The translations under genes were made by a program, and so were the position numbers. From positions 630,001-662,000 of the forward strand of contig NC_010814.1 of assembly GCF_000020385.1 (NCBI RefSeq): a DNA stretch of 32,000 nt. Direction: 5' to 3'. The notes under the pieces were generated by a model. The model searched no databases. It worked only from the letters and a program-made list of their open reading frames with translations, and was not told the origin of the DNA. Numbering within the stretch: the stretch's first letter is position 1; every line of letters starts with the position of its first letter. Origin of the DNA: Trichlorobacter lovleyi SZ (GTDB lineage Bacteria; Desulfobacterota; Desulfuromonadia; Geobacterales; Pseudopelobacteraceae). Below, piece after piece: positions 15,301-23,184 of the stretch.

Positions 15301-17379
15301 ATGAAACCTCTGATGACAAAGCTGGGCACTATGATAGGGGGGCTGATTCTCGCATTTTCGGCACTTGTACTTGCCGGATGTGGCGGCGGGGGTAACAGTC
15401 CCGGGGTCTCTTCGCAGGTGGTAACGGGAACTGCGGCTGTCGGTACGCAGCTGTCCGGCCAAGTGACCCTGAAGGATGCATCAACACCGTCAAAGCAAAA
15501 AACTGCCGTGATTGGTAGTGATGGCTCCTTTGCCTTTGATGTTACCGGCATGAAGGCCCCCTTCATCATTCAGGCAACCGGCAGCGCAAATGGTCAGAAT
15601 CATACCTTGCTCTCGTTTGCATCGGGTACCGGCATTGCCAATGCCAACCCGCTGTCCCATGCACTGGTGACACTTGCCTGGGGCAGCGCTAATTCCGGAG
15701 ATGTCTTTACTAATCCGGATGAGCAGAAGCTCAGGAAGATTCAGGACGGGTTAACGGCTGCTACTCAGGACCTCTTGATGATGCTCAACCCGCTGCTTGA
15801 CCTGTATGGCGCTGCAGGAAAAAATCCGATCAGCTCTCCCTATCGTGCCGACCATAGCGGGCTTGACGGCATGTTTGACTTCGTCACCGTCGATATCACA
15901 GGCGGTACCCTGACGGTTTCCAATAGAGGCACCAATGCCCCGATCTTCTCCTGCGCCATCAACAACATCAACAGCGGGACCTTTAACGCCAACAATATGC
16001 CGCACAGGATGACCGTGCCGGCTGCCCCGACCAACTTGACTGCCGTTGGCGGTGCAGGGCAGCTGACACTTACCTGGAGTGCCGTCAGTAATGCCGCCTC
16101 CTATACGATTTACTACGCCACTACCAGCGGTGTAACCCCGGCAAACGGGATAAAGGTTGCAAATGCCACCAGTCCGGCGGTCCTGAGCGGTCTTGCTGAT
16201 GCAACTACCTACTACTGCGTTGTTACAGCCGTAAACAGTGCCGGAGAAAGCGTCGCCTCTACCCAGGCCACGGCCACGACAAACGTTGCCGCCCCGGTTA
16301 TTCCGGCGGCACCGGGCGGTCTGATTGCCACTGGCGGCACCAGGCAGGTCAGTCTTTCGTGGAGTGCGGTAAGCAATGCAACTTCGTATAATGTCTATTA
16401 CGCAACCAGCAACGGCGTGACAAAGGTGAATGGCACAAAGGTTTCAAATGCAACCAGCCCGCTGGTGTTGAACGGGCTGGCTGATGCAACCAGCTATTAC
16501 TGTATCGTGACCGCCGTTAACAGTGCCGGCGAAAGTGCCGCTTCCGTGCAGGCTGCCGCGACAACCCTGCCTTCAACACCGCCGCCTGCACTACCGGCAA
16601 CGCCGTCAAACCTGGTTGCCGCCGGCGGCACCAACCAGATCACACTTTCCTGGTCTGCTGCCAGTAATGCAACCTCCTATAACCTCTACTGGTCAGCCGC
16701 TTCAGGTGTTACAACCGCAACCGGCACCAAGGTCTCAGGCGTGACCAGCCCCTACGTAAAAACCGGTCTGGCTGCCGGGACCACCTATTACTTTGTCGTA
16801 ACCGCGGTCAATAGCGTGGGGGAAAGCAGTGCCTCGGCCCAGGCATCGGCAACCACCAGTGCTCCGCCTCCAACGGTGCCGGCTGCCCCAACCGGCGTGA
16901 CTGCCACCGGTGGAGCCAATCAGGTAAGTCTTGCCTGGTCGGCCGTGTCCGGAGCAACCTCCTACAACCTCTACTGGTCCACGGCATCCGGGGTGACCAA
17001 GGTCAACGGGACAAAACTGACAAATGTGACCAGTCCGTATCTTCATAGCGGTCTGGCAGCCGGTACCAGCTATTACTATATCGTCACCGCAGTGAACAGT
17101 ACTGGAGAAGGGGCCGCATCAGCCCAGGTCTCGGCAACCACCAGTGCTCCTTCACTCAGCTGTGGCACCTGTCATGCCATTCCACCTCAGCTTGGTCAGC
17201 ACGATTTCCACTCAGGTGTGGGGATCGGGTGTGTAACCTGTCATGGAAGCGGTTACAGCACAACTACGGTTAATGCCGCTACCCATATGAACGGTGTCAA
17301 GGACCTCAGTGCAACAATCGGCTGGAATGCAGCCGGCAGGAACTGCACAAATTCATGCCATGGGCGCAAAACATGGTGA
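15301..17379 (+). CDS. Lipoprotein with four fibronectin-III-like repeats and a C-terminal c-type haem-binding domain
   Basis: The start was set at the ATG at 15301, after an AAGGAG. The signal peptide ends in the lipobox LAGC. Four repeats of about 96 aa follow (..LTWSAVSNA.SY.IYY..SGVT...G.KV...TSP....GL...T.YY..VTAVNS.GES..S). The C terminus has CGTCH, CVTCH and CTNSCH. Confidence 0.8.
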   Translation: MKPLMTKLGTMIGGLILAFSALVLAGCGGGGNSPGVSSQVVTGTAAVGTQLSGQVTLKDASTPSKQKTAVIGSDGSFAFDVTGMKAPFIIQATGSANGQNHTLLSFASGTGIANANPLSHALVTLAWGSANSGDVFTNPDEQKLRKIQDGLTAATQDLLMMLNPLLDLYGAAGKNPISSPYRADHSGLDGMFDFVTVDITGGTLTVSNRGTNAPIFSCAINNINSGTFNANNMPHRMTVPAAPTNLTAVGGAGQLTLTWSAVSNAASYTIYYATTSGVTPANGIKVANATSPAVLSGLADATTYYCVVTAVNSAGESVASTQATATTNVAAPVIPAAPGGLIATGGTRQVSLSWSAVSNATSYNVYYATSNGVTKVNGTKVSNATSPLVLNGLADATSYYCIVTAVNSAGESAASVQAAATTLPSTPPPALPATPSNLVAAGGTNQITLSWSAASNATSYNLYWSAASGVTTATGTKVSGVTSPYVKTGLAAGTTYYFVVTAVNSVGESSASAQASATTSAPPPTVPAAPTGVTATGGANQVSLAWSAVSGATSYNLYWSTASGVTKVNGTKLTNVTSPYLHSGLAAGTSYYYIVTAVNSTGEGAASAQVSATTSAPSLSCGTCHAIPPQLGQHDFHSGVGIGCVTCHGSGYSTTTVNAATHMNGVKDLSATIGWNAAGRNCTNSCHGRKTW
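16018..17160 (+). repeat. Four tandem coding repeats (period 285-291 nt) encoding the FN3-like modules
   Basis: Repeat starts (CCG GCx xCx CCx ...) are at 16018, 16303, 16594 and 16879. Confidence 0.8.
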
Positions 17380-17393
17380 TACGGTTTCTGTGA

Positions 17394-17439
17394 GATACAA
17401 AACGGGCGCCCCGGAAAATCGGGGCGCCCGTTTTGTATC
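17394..17439. terminator. Bidirectional terminator between the cytochrome gene and the convergent deacylase operon
   Basis: Perfect 20-bp stem gatacaaaacgggcgccccg / cggggcgcccgttttgtatc with loop gaaaat. Confidence 0.85.
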
Positions 17440-17458
17440 CGGATACTGCAAACAACAG

Positions 17459-18403
17459 TTAGGACTTCGGGTTGATTCTCAGCAACAGATCACCTTCAAA
17501 CAACAGGGGATGCCGGCGGATACCGGTCAGAAGGCCGTTGGCCGGTGCCTCTACCTTTTCAATCACGTTGCCGCTGAAGCTGTCGTAGATGTACCCCAGC
17601 TCCTGCCCCGTGCGTACCCAACGCCCTACCTGACAATCCGAGACAAAGGTGCCGGCCTTGCCGGCATAGAGCCGCTTTGAGCTGCCCTGCCGGAAATGGC
17701 AGATATCTTCGTCCCCTTCCGCCAGACTGACCCCTGCAAGGATGCCGGTCTGTCCCAGAAATGCAACCAGTCCCCGGAAGACCTGCTGACAATGCCCGAG
17801 CTGGACGGTGCCGCCCTGGCCGACCCGCAGCAGAAAACTCTGGCCGGGCCAGACCTGCCAGGCATGCATCAGGGTGGTGGTAAAGACCGGCGATATACTG
17901 CGCTCCATGATGGCCGTCAGTCCAAAATGACGGGCGGTTGCGCGTTGGGCGTCGCTGGGGCTGTAAAGCCGCACCTGGGGTAGTTCCTCGAAATCGACGC
18001 CGGAAGTGTGCAGATCCACCCGGTATTCCGCCTTCTTGGTGGCCTCCAGCACGGCCAGGGCGATCCGTTGGGTGGTCTCGCCGCTGACATTGCCGGGAAA
18101 CATCCGGTTCATGTCGCTCTTGTCAAAGGGCCAGGTGCGGGAACGCAGATTGATTCCCAGCACGTTGACCGCCGGGATGATCAGCACCTTCTTGAGCAGC
18201 TTCAGGCCGGGGTGTTTGCCGGCTTCCACGCCGTTCAGGAAATCAGCCAGACGGGAGAGGATAAAGGTGCCGTTCAGTTCGTCGCCATGCAGGCCTGCCA
18301 CAAAGGCAGCTGCCGGATGAGCGGCCTTGGGGCCGATCTCATGGCAGGGGATGTCAAAACTGTCCCGTACCGGCGCGGTCATCAACAGCAGATCGCGTTT
18401 CAT
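17459..18403 (-). CDS. Succinylglutamate desuccinylase/aspartoacylase (AstE/AspA, M14-like) family zinc deacylase
   Basis: 314 aa. GLHGDELNG is the HxxE zinc motif, and VDLHTSG supplies the third histidine. The start overlaps the upstream stop (ATGA at 18400-18403). Confidence 0.7.
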   Translation of the reverse strand: MKRDLLLMTAPVRDSFDIPCHEIGPKAAHPAAAFVAGLHGDELNGTFILSRLADFLNGVEAGKHPGLKLLKKVLIIPAVNVLGINLRSRTWPFDKSDMNRMFPGNVSGETTQRIALAVLEATKKAEYRVDLHTSGVDFEELPQVRLYSPSDAQRATARHFGLTAIMERSISPVFTTTLMHAWQVWPGQSFLLRVGQGGTVQLGHCQQVFRGLVAFLGQTGILAGVSLAEGDEDICHFRQGSSKRLYAGKAGTFVSDCQVGRWVRTGQELGYIYDSFSGNVIEKVEAPANGLLTGIRRHPLLFEGDLLLRINPKS

Positions 18404-19362
18404 CGGGCACCTCCCTTGCGGGCCATGACCCGTGCCATCAGCGAGCCTTCGTAGACCAGCGGATACTCCCGCAGGGTAAACAGGATGCCGTCCACCGGTG
18501 AACGGACCTCGGACAATATCGCACCGTGGAATGGCGAGACAATCGTGCCCAGCAGCTCACCCCGCCGCAGATCGGTCCAGTGGGCGGTTGCCGGTACAAA
18601 CATGCCGGAGGTCTGGGCATTCAGGTAATGTACGTTGCTGTCATCGGCCACCAGCGGGTGATGGGTCAGCGCTGGCAGCGCCACTTCCGGTGCCAGCACT
18701 CCCAGCCCCTGCCAGAGGTGCAGCAGGCCAATCGTCAGCTGTTCACAGTAATCCGGGGTTAATCGCATTCCCACCCCCATTTCCACCACCAGGCAGGGGG
18801 TGCCTCGGCTGTTAAGGCTGTGGGCCACGGTGGCCTCCAGCACGGTGGCAGCGCCATGGATCCAGATCAGGTCAAGGTTGGCCTGCTCGGCCAGCGGCAC
18901 CAGCGTGTCGCTGAATTCGCTGTTGATTCGCACCTGGGGGATCTCACGCAGGTAGATGTTGCTGGCATGGATATCCACCACCAGGCTGGCGCCGTCCAGT
19001 GCGGTCATGATTGCCGCTGCCAGCCGTTTGGGCAGATCACCCTGTTGACTGCCGGGGAAGGAGCGGTTCAGGTCGCTGTCAAAGACCGGTACCGAACGGG
19101 TCAGGGTGTCCAGCCCCAGGGGGTTCAAGGCGGGGTAGAGCTCAATCTGACCCAGCAGATGCTGCGGATTGCTGCGCTGCAGCTGATCCAGCCAGGCTGC
19201 CAGACGATGGCAGACATAGAGCCCTTCCAGTTCATCACCGTGAATACCGGCGGTGACCGCTACACGGGGGCCGTCCCCGCCGGTATAGACCGTGCGGCGG
19301 ATATCAAGCGTCTCCCGGTACGGCATGGCCAGGGAGAAGATGGTTTCTGTGGTTTGGGTCAT
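18400..19362 (-). CDS. Succinylglutamate desuccinylase/aspartoacylase family zinc deacylase (paralog)
   Basis: 320 aa with GIHGDELEG and VDIHASN. It shares its layout with the downstream paralog. Confidence 0.7.
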   Translation of the reverse strand: MTQTTETIFSLAMPYRETLDIRRTVYTGGDGPRVAVTAGIHGDELEGLYVCHRLAAWLDQLQRSNPQHLLGQIELYPALNPLGLDTLTRSVPVFDSDLNRSFPGSQQGDLPKRLAAAIMTALDGASLVVDIHASNIYLREIPQVRINSEFSDTLVPLAEQANLDLIWIHGAATVLEATVAHSLNSRGTPCLVVEMGVGMRLTPDYCEQLTIGLLHLWQGLGVLAPEVALPALTHHPLVADDSNVHYLNAQTSGMFVPATAHWTDLRRGELLGTIVSPFHGAILSEVRSPVDGILFTLREYPLVYEGSLMARVMARKGGAR

Positions 19363-19369
19363 AGCGTGC

Positions 19370-20236
19370 TCATTGGTTGGTAATGGTCAGATTGACCTGT
19401 GGATGGGTACCGGCATTGCCCCCCTTGAAACTGCCCCGCTGCGGGGCAGCGTCGTAGGAGTCGCGCCCGACGGCAACCGCCACATAACGGTCATTGGCCA
19501 GCAGGTTATGCACCGGATCAAAGCCGATCCAGCCGCCTCCCGGTACCAGTACCTCGGCCCAGGCGTGGGTGGCGATCAGCTCTCCTTCGGCCAGGATACC
19601 GGGATCCATGTAGCCCACGACATAGCGGCTTGGCAGATGCCAGGAACGGGCAACGGTGATGAAAAGGTGGGCAAAATCCTGACAGACACCGGCCCGGTGG
19701 CGAACCGCATCCAGCAGATCATTATGCACAGCGGTTGAGCCGGACTCATAGGCAAGCACCTTGGGTATCCAGGCCATCAACTCCAGCAGGCTGTTCAGGG
19801 GTAGCTGCTCTGCTTCATAACGTGGCAGGGCGCAGTCCAGTTCAGCGGCCAGCTTCATCACCGCCGGCGTCAGGCTGCTGCGGTGCAGCAGGTAATCGTA
19901 CAACGCCGGGGTCTGGCGCAGTTCCCGGGCATACCATTCCTTTTGCTGATGCGCAGGTACCGGTTCAAAATCAAAGGGGTTTTCCCGCAGGGTTTCCACC
20001 TCGGCAGTCAGGCGGGTGATCAGGCAGGTGTGGGGAGCGGTGACGCAGAAATAATCTACTCCATTGCCGAAGTAATCCTGATAGCTGTGCCGCTCTGCTG
20101 CCGGTTCAAGCTCAATGCGATGTGAGATCAGGCGCTGTCCCGCATCCTGACGGGGGGTCAGACGCAGCTCAAGGTGGTGTTCACGGACTGGCGTTGGATA
20201 GTCCAGTATGGTTTCGTGCTCGATCAGGTAACGCAT
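19370..20236 (-). CDS. Transglutaminase-like cysteine protease/ligase family protein with an N-terminal Bact_transglu_N domain
   Basis: 288 aa. The catalytic context is GVCQDFAHLF (Cys), THAWAEV (His) and GFDPVHN (Asp). An AAGGAG Shine-Dalgarno is present. Confidence 0.8.
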   Translation of the reverse strand: MRYLIEHETILDYPTPVREHHLELRLTPRQDAGQRLISHRIELEPAAERHSYQDYFGNGVDYFCVTAPHTCLITRLTAEVETLRENPFDFEPVPAHQQKEWYARELRQTPALYDYLLHRSSLTPAVMKLAAELDCALPRYEAEQLPLNSLLELMAWIPKVLAYESGSTAVHNDLLDAVRHRAGVCQDFAHLFITVARSWHLPSRYVVGYMDPGILAEGELIATHAWAEVLVPGGGWIGFDPVHNLLANDRYVAVAVGRDSYDAAPQRGSFKGGNAGTHPQVNLTITNQ

Positions 20237-20248
20237 CGGGTAAACTCC

Positions 20249-21190
20249 TTACTGAAAGAACTCTTCTGCCAGCGCATTATGGAACCCGGCCAATAAACTG
20301 AGTACCTGCTCCAGAAATTCATGTAGACCGTTGGTGAAGACCGTTTCCCCGTTTGAGGATGCCAGTAGTGACTGCAGGGCGGCAAATGCCGCGGCGGTCT
20401 TTTCCTTGCCCTCCAGCCCGATGTTGGCCAGGGCAGCTCCGGCACGGTCAACGGAAAAGACCAGCGAGCGGGGGAAGTCATGCTCAAAGACGGCAAAGTC
20501 AACCACCGCCTTGGGTTCAAAGCCGCTCTGGTTGGTGCGCCGGAACGCCTCAAAACCGGACAGAGATTTAAGCAGGGCAGCCCATTGGTAGTAGTCAAGT
20601 GCGGAGCCCACCAGATGAATATCCGGCAGAATGATATGGTATTTGACATCCAGAATCCGGGCGATCATATCGGTCCGTTCCACGCAGCCACCCAGCTGGC
20701 AGAAGGCATAGGCCTCGCCCCGCATCATGGTGGCCGCCAACAGACCGTTGAAACGTGCCACCTGATTACGCAGCTCCACAAAGAGGTTACTGGCCTTTTC
20801 CAGGGTGATGCTGCCCCGTAACCGCTCGTTGTAGGTCATCCAGATATCATTGACCGCCTCCCACATCTCCTTGGAGATCCGGTCCCGGGCCACCCGGGCG
20901 TTTTCCCGGAACAGCCGCAGACAGGTGCGGATTGAGTTGTTGTTGGTGCGGCCACCGCAGACAAACTGCAGCACCCGCTGGGTGGTGATGGCATCATCGC
21001 CGTACAGCTCGACATATTGGGGCAGAGCAGCGGTTATCTCCAGAACCGGTCGCCATTTTTCCTCTTCACCCATATCCTCTTCCGCCTCCACCAGATAGAG
21101 CAGGTTGATCTCCATCAGACGGGCGGTTTCGCCGGCTCTTTCCAGATATCGGGCCATCCAGTACATTGAATCAGCTATGCGGCTTAACAT
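20249..21190 (-). CDS. Alpha-E domain protein (COG2307)
   Basis: The start was set at the ATG at 21190, after an AAGAGG. The MLSRIADSMYWMARYLERAGETARL opening is characteristic of this family. Confidence 0.75.
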   Translation of the reverse strand: MLSRIADSMYWMARYLERAGETARLMEINLLYLVEAEEDMGEEEKWRPVLEITAALPQYVELYGDDAITTQRVLQFVCGGRTNNNSIRTCLRLFRENARVARDRISKEMWEAVNDIWMTYNERLRGSITLEKASNLFVELRNQVARFNGLLAATMMRGEAYAFCQLGGCVERTDMIARILDVKYHIILPDIHLVGSALDYYQWAALLKSLSGFEAFRRTNQSGFEPKAVVDFAVFEHDFPRSLVFSVDRAGAALANIGLEGKEKTAAAFAALQSLLASSNGETVFTNGLHEFLEQVLSLLAGFHNALAEEFFQ

Positions 21191-21219
21191 ATCAGTAACC
21201 TCTTTGCTGCGGCTGCGAT

Positions 21220-21318
21220 AAAAGTCCATCTGCTTCGTTGCAGTCGTCGCAGGCCATTCAACGTAGCGCTGCTACGCCTCACACCCTGCTCCTCCTGCGC
21301 CTGGCATCTGGAGCTTTT
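21220..21318 (-). repeat. Structured intergenic repeat, copy A' (element sense is the minus strand)
   Basis: In element orientation, the outer stem is AAAAGcTCCA/TGGACTTTT and the middle stem is GCAGG/CCTGC. The apical hairpin is GGCGTAG-cagcg-CTACGTT. It aligns block by block with copy C. Confidence 0.65.
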
Positions 21319-21357
21319 CTCACAACCGTCTTGTTTATAATCATTCCGTTAACTGAT

Positions 21358-21469
21358 GTGCATAGTTTTCGCAAGGTCAAGGCGGTCGAGGCTTTGGGCG
21401 GAGGCGTACATCCAGTACGCCGCACAACCTAAGCTGAAGACCAACGTAGAGATTGCGGAAACTATGTGC
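21358..21469 (+). repeat. Structured intergenic repeat, copy A (element sense is the plus strand)
   Basis: The outer stem is gtgcatagttttcgc/gcggaaactatgtgc. The conserved block caaggtcaaggcgg is present. The middle stem is GCTTtGG/CCtAAGC and the apical hairpin is ggcgtac-atcca-gtacgcc. The conserved tail is ccgcacaacc..ccaacg.agagattgcggaaa. Confidence 0.7.
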
Positions 21470-21471
21470 CT

Positions 21472-22926
21472 CTACTCAGCCAGGACCCAGGTGTCTTTGC
21501 TTCCACCACCTTGAGAAGAGTTCACCACCAGTGAGCCTTTACGCAAGGCCACCCGCGTCAGTCCGCCAGGCACAACCTGAATATCCTCGCCATAGATCAC
21601 AAACGGCCGCAGATCCAGGTGGCGGGCCTCCAGCTCACCATCCATGTAACAGATATGCCGTGAGAGGTAGACCACCGGCTGGGCGATGTAGTTGCGGGGA
21701 TTTTCCAGCACCCGGTCCATAAACTCCTTGCGCAGGGCCGGGGTGGAGGAGGGCCCCATCAGCATGCCGTAGCCGCCGGATTCACTGACCGCCTTGACCA
21801 CCATCCGCTCCATGTTGTCAAAAACATATTCCCGGTCGGTCGCATTGGTCATCTGGTAGGTGGGTACGTTTTTCAGAATCGGCTGCTGCCCAAGATAGTA
21901 ACGGATGATGTCCGGCACAAAGGGGTAGACCGCCTTGTCATCGGCAATGCCGCTGCCCGGTGCATTGACGATGGCGACATTGCCTGCCCGCCAGGCATTG
22001 ATTACCCCGGCAATCCCCAGTGATGAGTCGGAGCGGAAGATCAGCGGATCAAGGTAGTCGTCATCAATCCGGCGGTAGATCACATCCACCCGCTTCAGCC
22101 CTTTGGTGGTCTTGAGATAGACGATGTCGTTGATGGTGACCATGTCGCGCCCTTCAGCCAGCTCGATCCCCATCTCCTTGGCCAGGAAGGTGTGCTCAAA
22201 ATAGGCAGAGTTGTAGATGCCGGGGGTCAGCAATACAATTTCAGCTGTTCCTTTGCCGCGGGGTGAGAGGCAGCGCAAGGCATCCAGCAGCAGTGACGGG
22301 TAGTGCTCAACCCGGCGTACCCGGTATTTGTTGAAAAATTCCGGCAGAATGCGCCGTTCAATTACCCGGTTTTCAATCATGTAGGAGACACCGGAGGGGG
22401 TACGCAGGTTGTCTTCCAGAATCAGGAAATCACCCTGTTCATCACGGATAATGTCAATGCCGCTGATATGGGTATAGATGCCTCGGGGCGGGACAATGCC
22501 AACGATCTCACGCCGGAAGTCCTTGCCCTGGTAGATCAGTTCCGGCGGAATCACACCGTCCTTGATGATTTTCTGTTCGCCGTAGAGGTCTTCCAGAAAC
22601 AGGTTCAGCGCCTTGACCCGCTGCTTGAGGCCGGATTCAATCCGGCTCCACTCCGGTGCGGTGATGATGCGGGGGATCAGGTCAAAGGGCCAGATCCGCT
22701 CGATCCCTTCTTCGCTCTCGCCGTAGACCGTAAAGGTGACCCCTTCGGTCTGCAGTGCCAGCTGGGATTCGTGATCTTTGGTCTCCAGTGCATTGTTGCC
22801 GGTGGCGCGGATATGATCCCAGAGCAGGCGGTAATGGTCACGGGGACTGAAGTCGTCGGCATAAAACTCGTGGTAGGACGTCTTGGGCCCGGAGCTGGCG
22901 GGGCTGGAGAGTGGCGGCATGTACAA
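21472..22926 (-). CDS. Circularly permuted type-2 ATP-grasp protein (COG2308)
   Basis: 484 aa with an AGGAGG Shine-Dalgarno 7 nt upstream. Long family-typical blocks are present (ERIWPFDLIPRII, LEDNLRTPSGVSYMIENR, GNVAIVNAPGSGIADDKAVY, GGLTRVALRKGSLVVNSSQGGGSKDTWV). Confidence 0.85.
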   Translation of the reverse strand: MYMPPLSSPASSGPKTSYHEFYADDFSPRDHYRLLWDHIRATGNNALETKDHESQLALQTEGVTFTVYGESEEGIERIWPFDLIPRIITAPEWSRIESGLKQRVKALNLFLEDLYGEQKIIKDGVIPPELIYQGKDFRREIVGIVPPRGIYTHISGIDIIRDEQGDFLILEDNLRTPSGVSYMIENRVIERRILPEFFNKYRVRRVEHYPSLLLDALRCLSPRGKGTAEIVLLTPGIYNSAYFEHTFLAKEMGIELAEGRDMVTINDIVYLKTTKGLKRVDVIYRRIDDDYLDPLIFRSDSSLGIAGVINAWRAGNVAIVNAPGSGIADDKAVYPFVPDIIRYYLGQQPILKNVPTYQMTNATDREYVFDNMERMVVKAVSESGGYGMLMGPSSTPALRKEFMDRVLENPRNYIAQPVVYLSRHICYMDGELEARHLDLRPFVIYGEDIQVVPGGLTRVALRKGSLVVNSSQGGGSKDTWVLAE

Positions 22927-22986
22927 CCTCCTACATTAAACCGGATCTGCAGGCTATGCAGCGCTGCATAACCTGTTGCAGAAGTA

Positions 22987-23003
22987 AAGCATAGGCTGTG
23001 CCA
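22987..23003 (-). promoter_or_regulatory. sigma54 promoter for the ATP-grasp operon
   Basis: The minus strand reads TGGCACAGCCTATGCTT. It matches the nifH promoter at 16 of 17 positions. Confidence 0.75.
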
Positions 23004-23118
23004 AGGCGTGAGTGTCTGAAATTGCTTAGAGAATGTGCGCTATAGATGGAAGGGGGTTGTTGGAGATGCCTGTCTACTCACCAGTTTTGTTTTTGGAGTG
23101 TATAAATAACAAGCAAAT

Positions 23119-23150
23119 CCAGCGGCTGGCCGATATCGGACAGCCGCTGG
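23119..23150 (-). terminator. Intrinsic terminator after nifK
   Basis: The stem ccagcggctg/cagccgctgg is 10 bp, with an inner ccgatatcgg palindrome. A U-rich tract follows on the minus strand (auuugcuuguuauuuau). Confidence 0.75.
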
Positions 23151-23184
23151 CTGGTTAAATGCTAAGGTTACAACCTGATGTGTG

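Noticed and set aside
16018-17160. A periodic ~288-nt repeat that could be mistaken for an array or satellite
   Set aside because: The repeats are in frame inside one long ORF and encode FN3-like modules. There is no spacer/repeat organisation like that of a CRISPR array.
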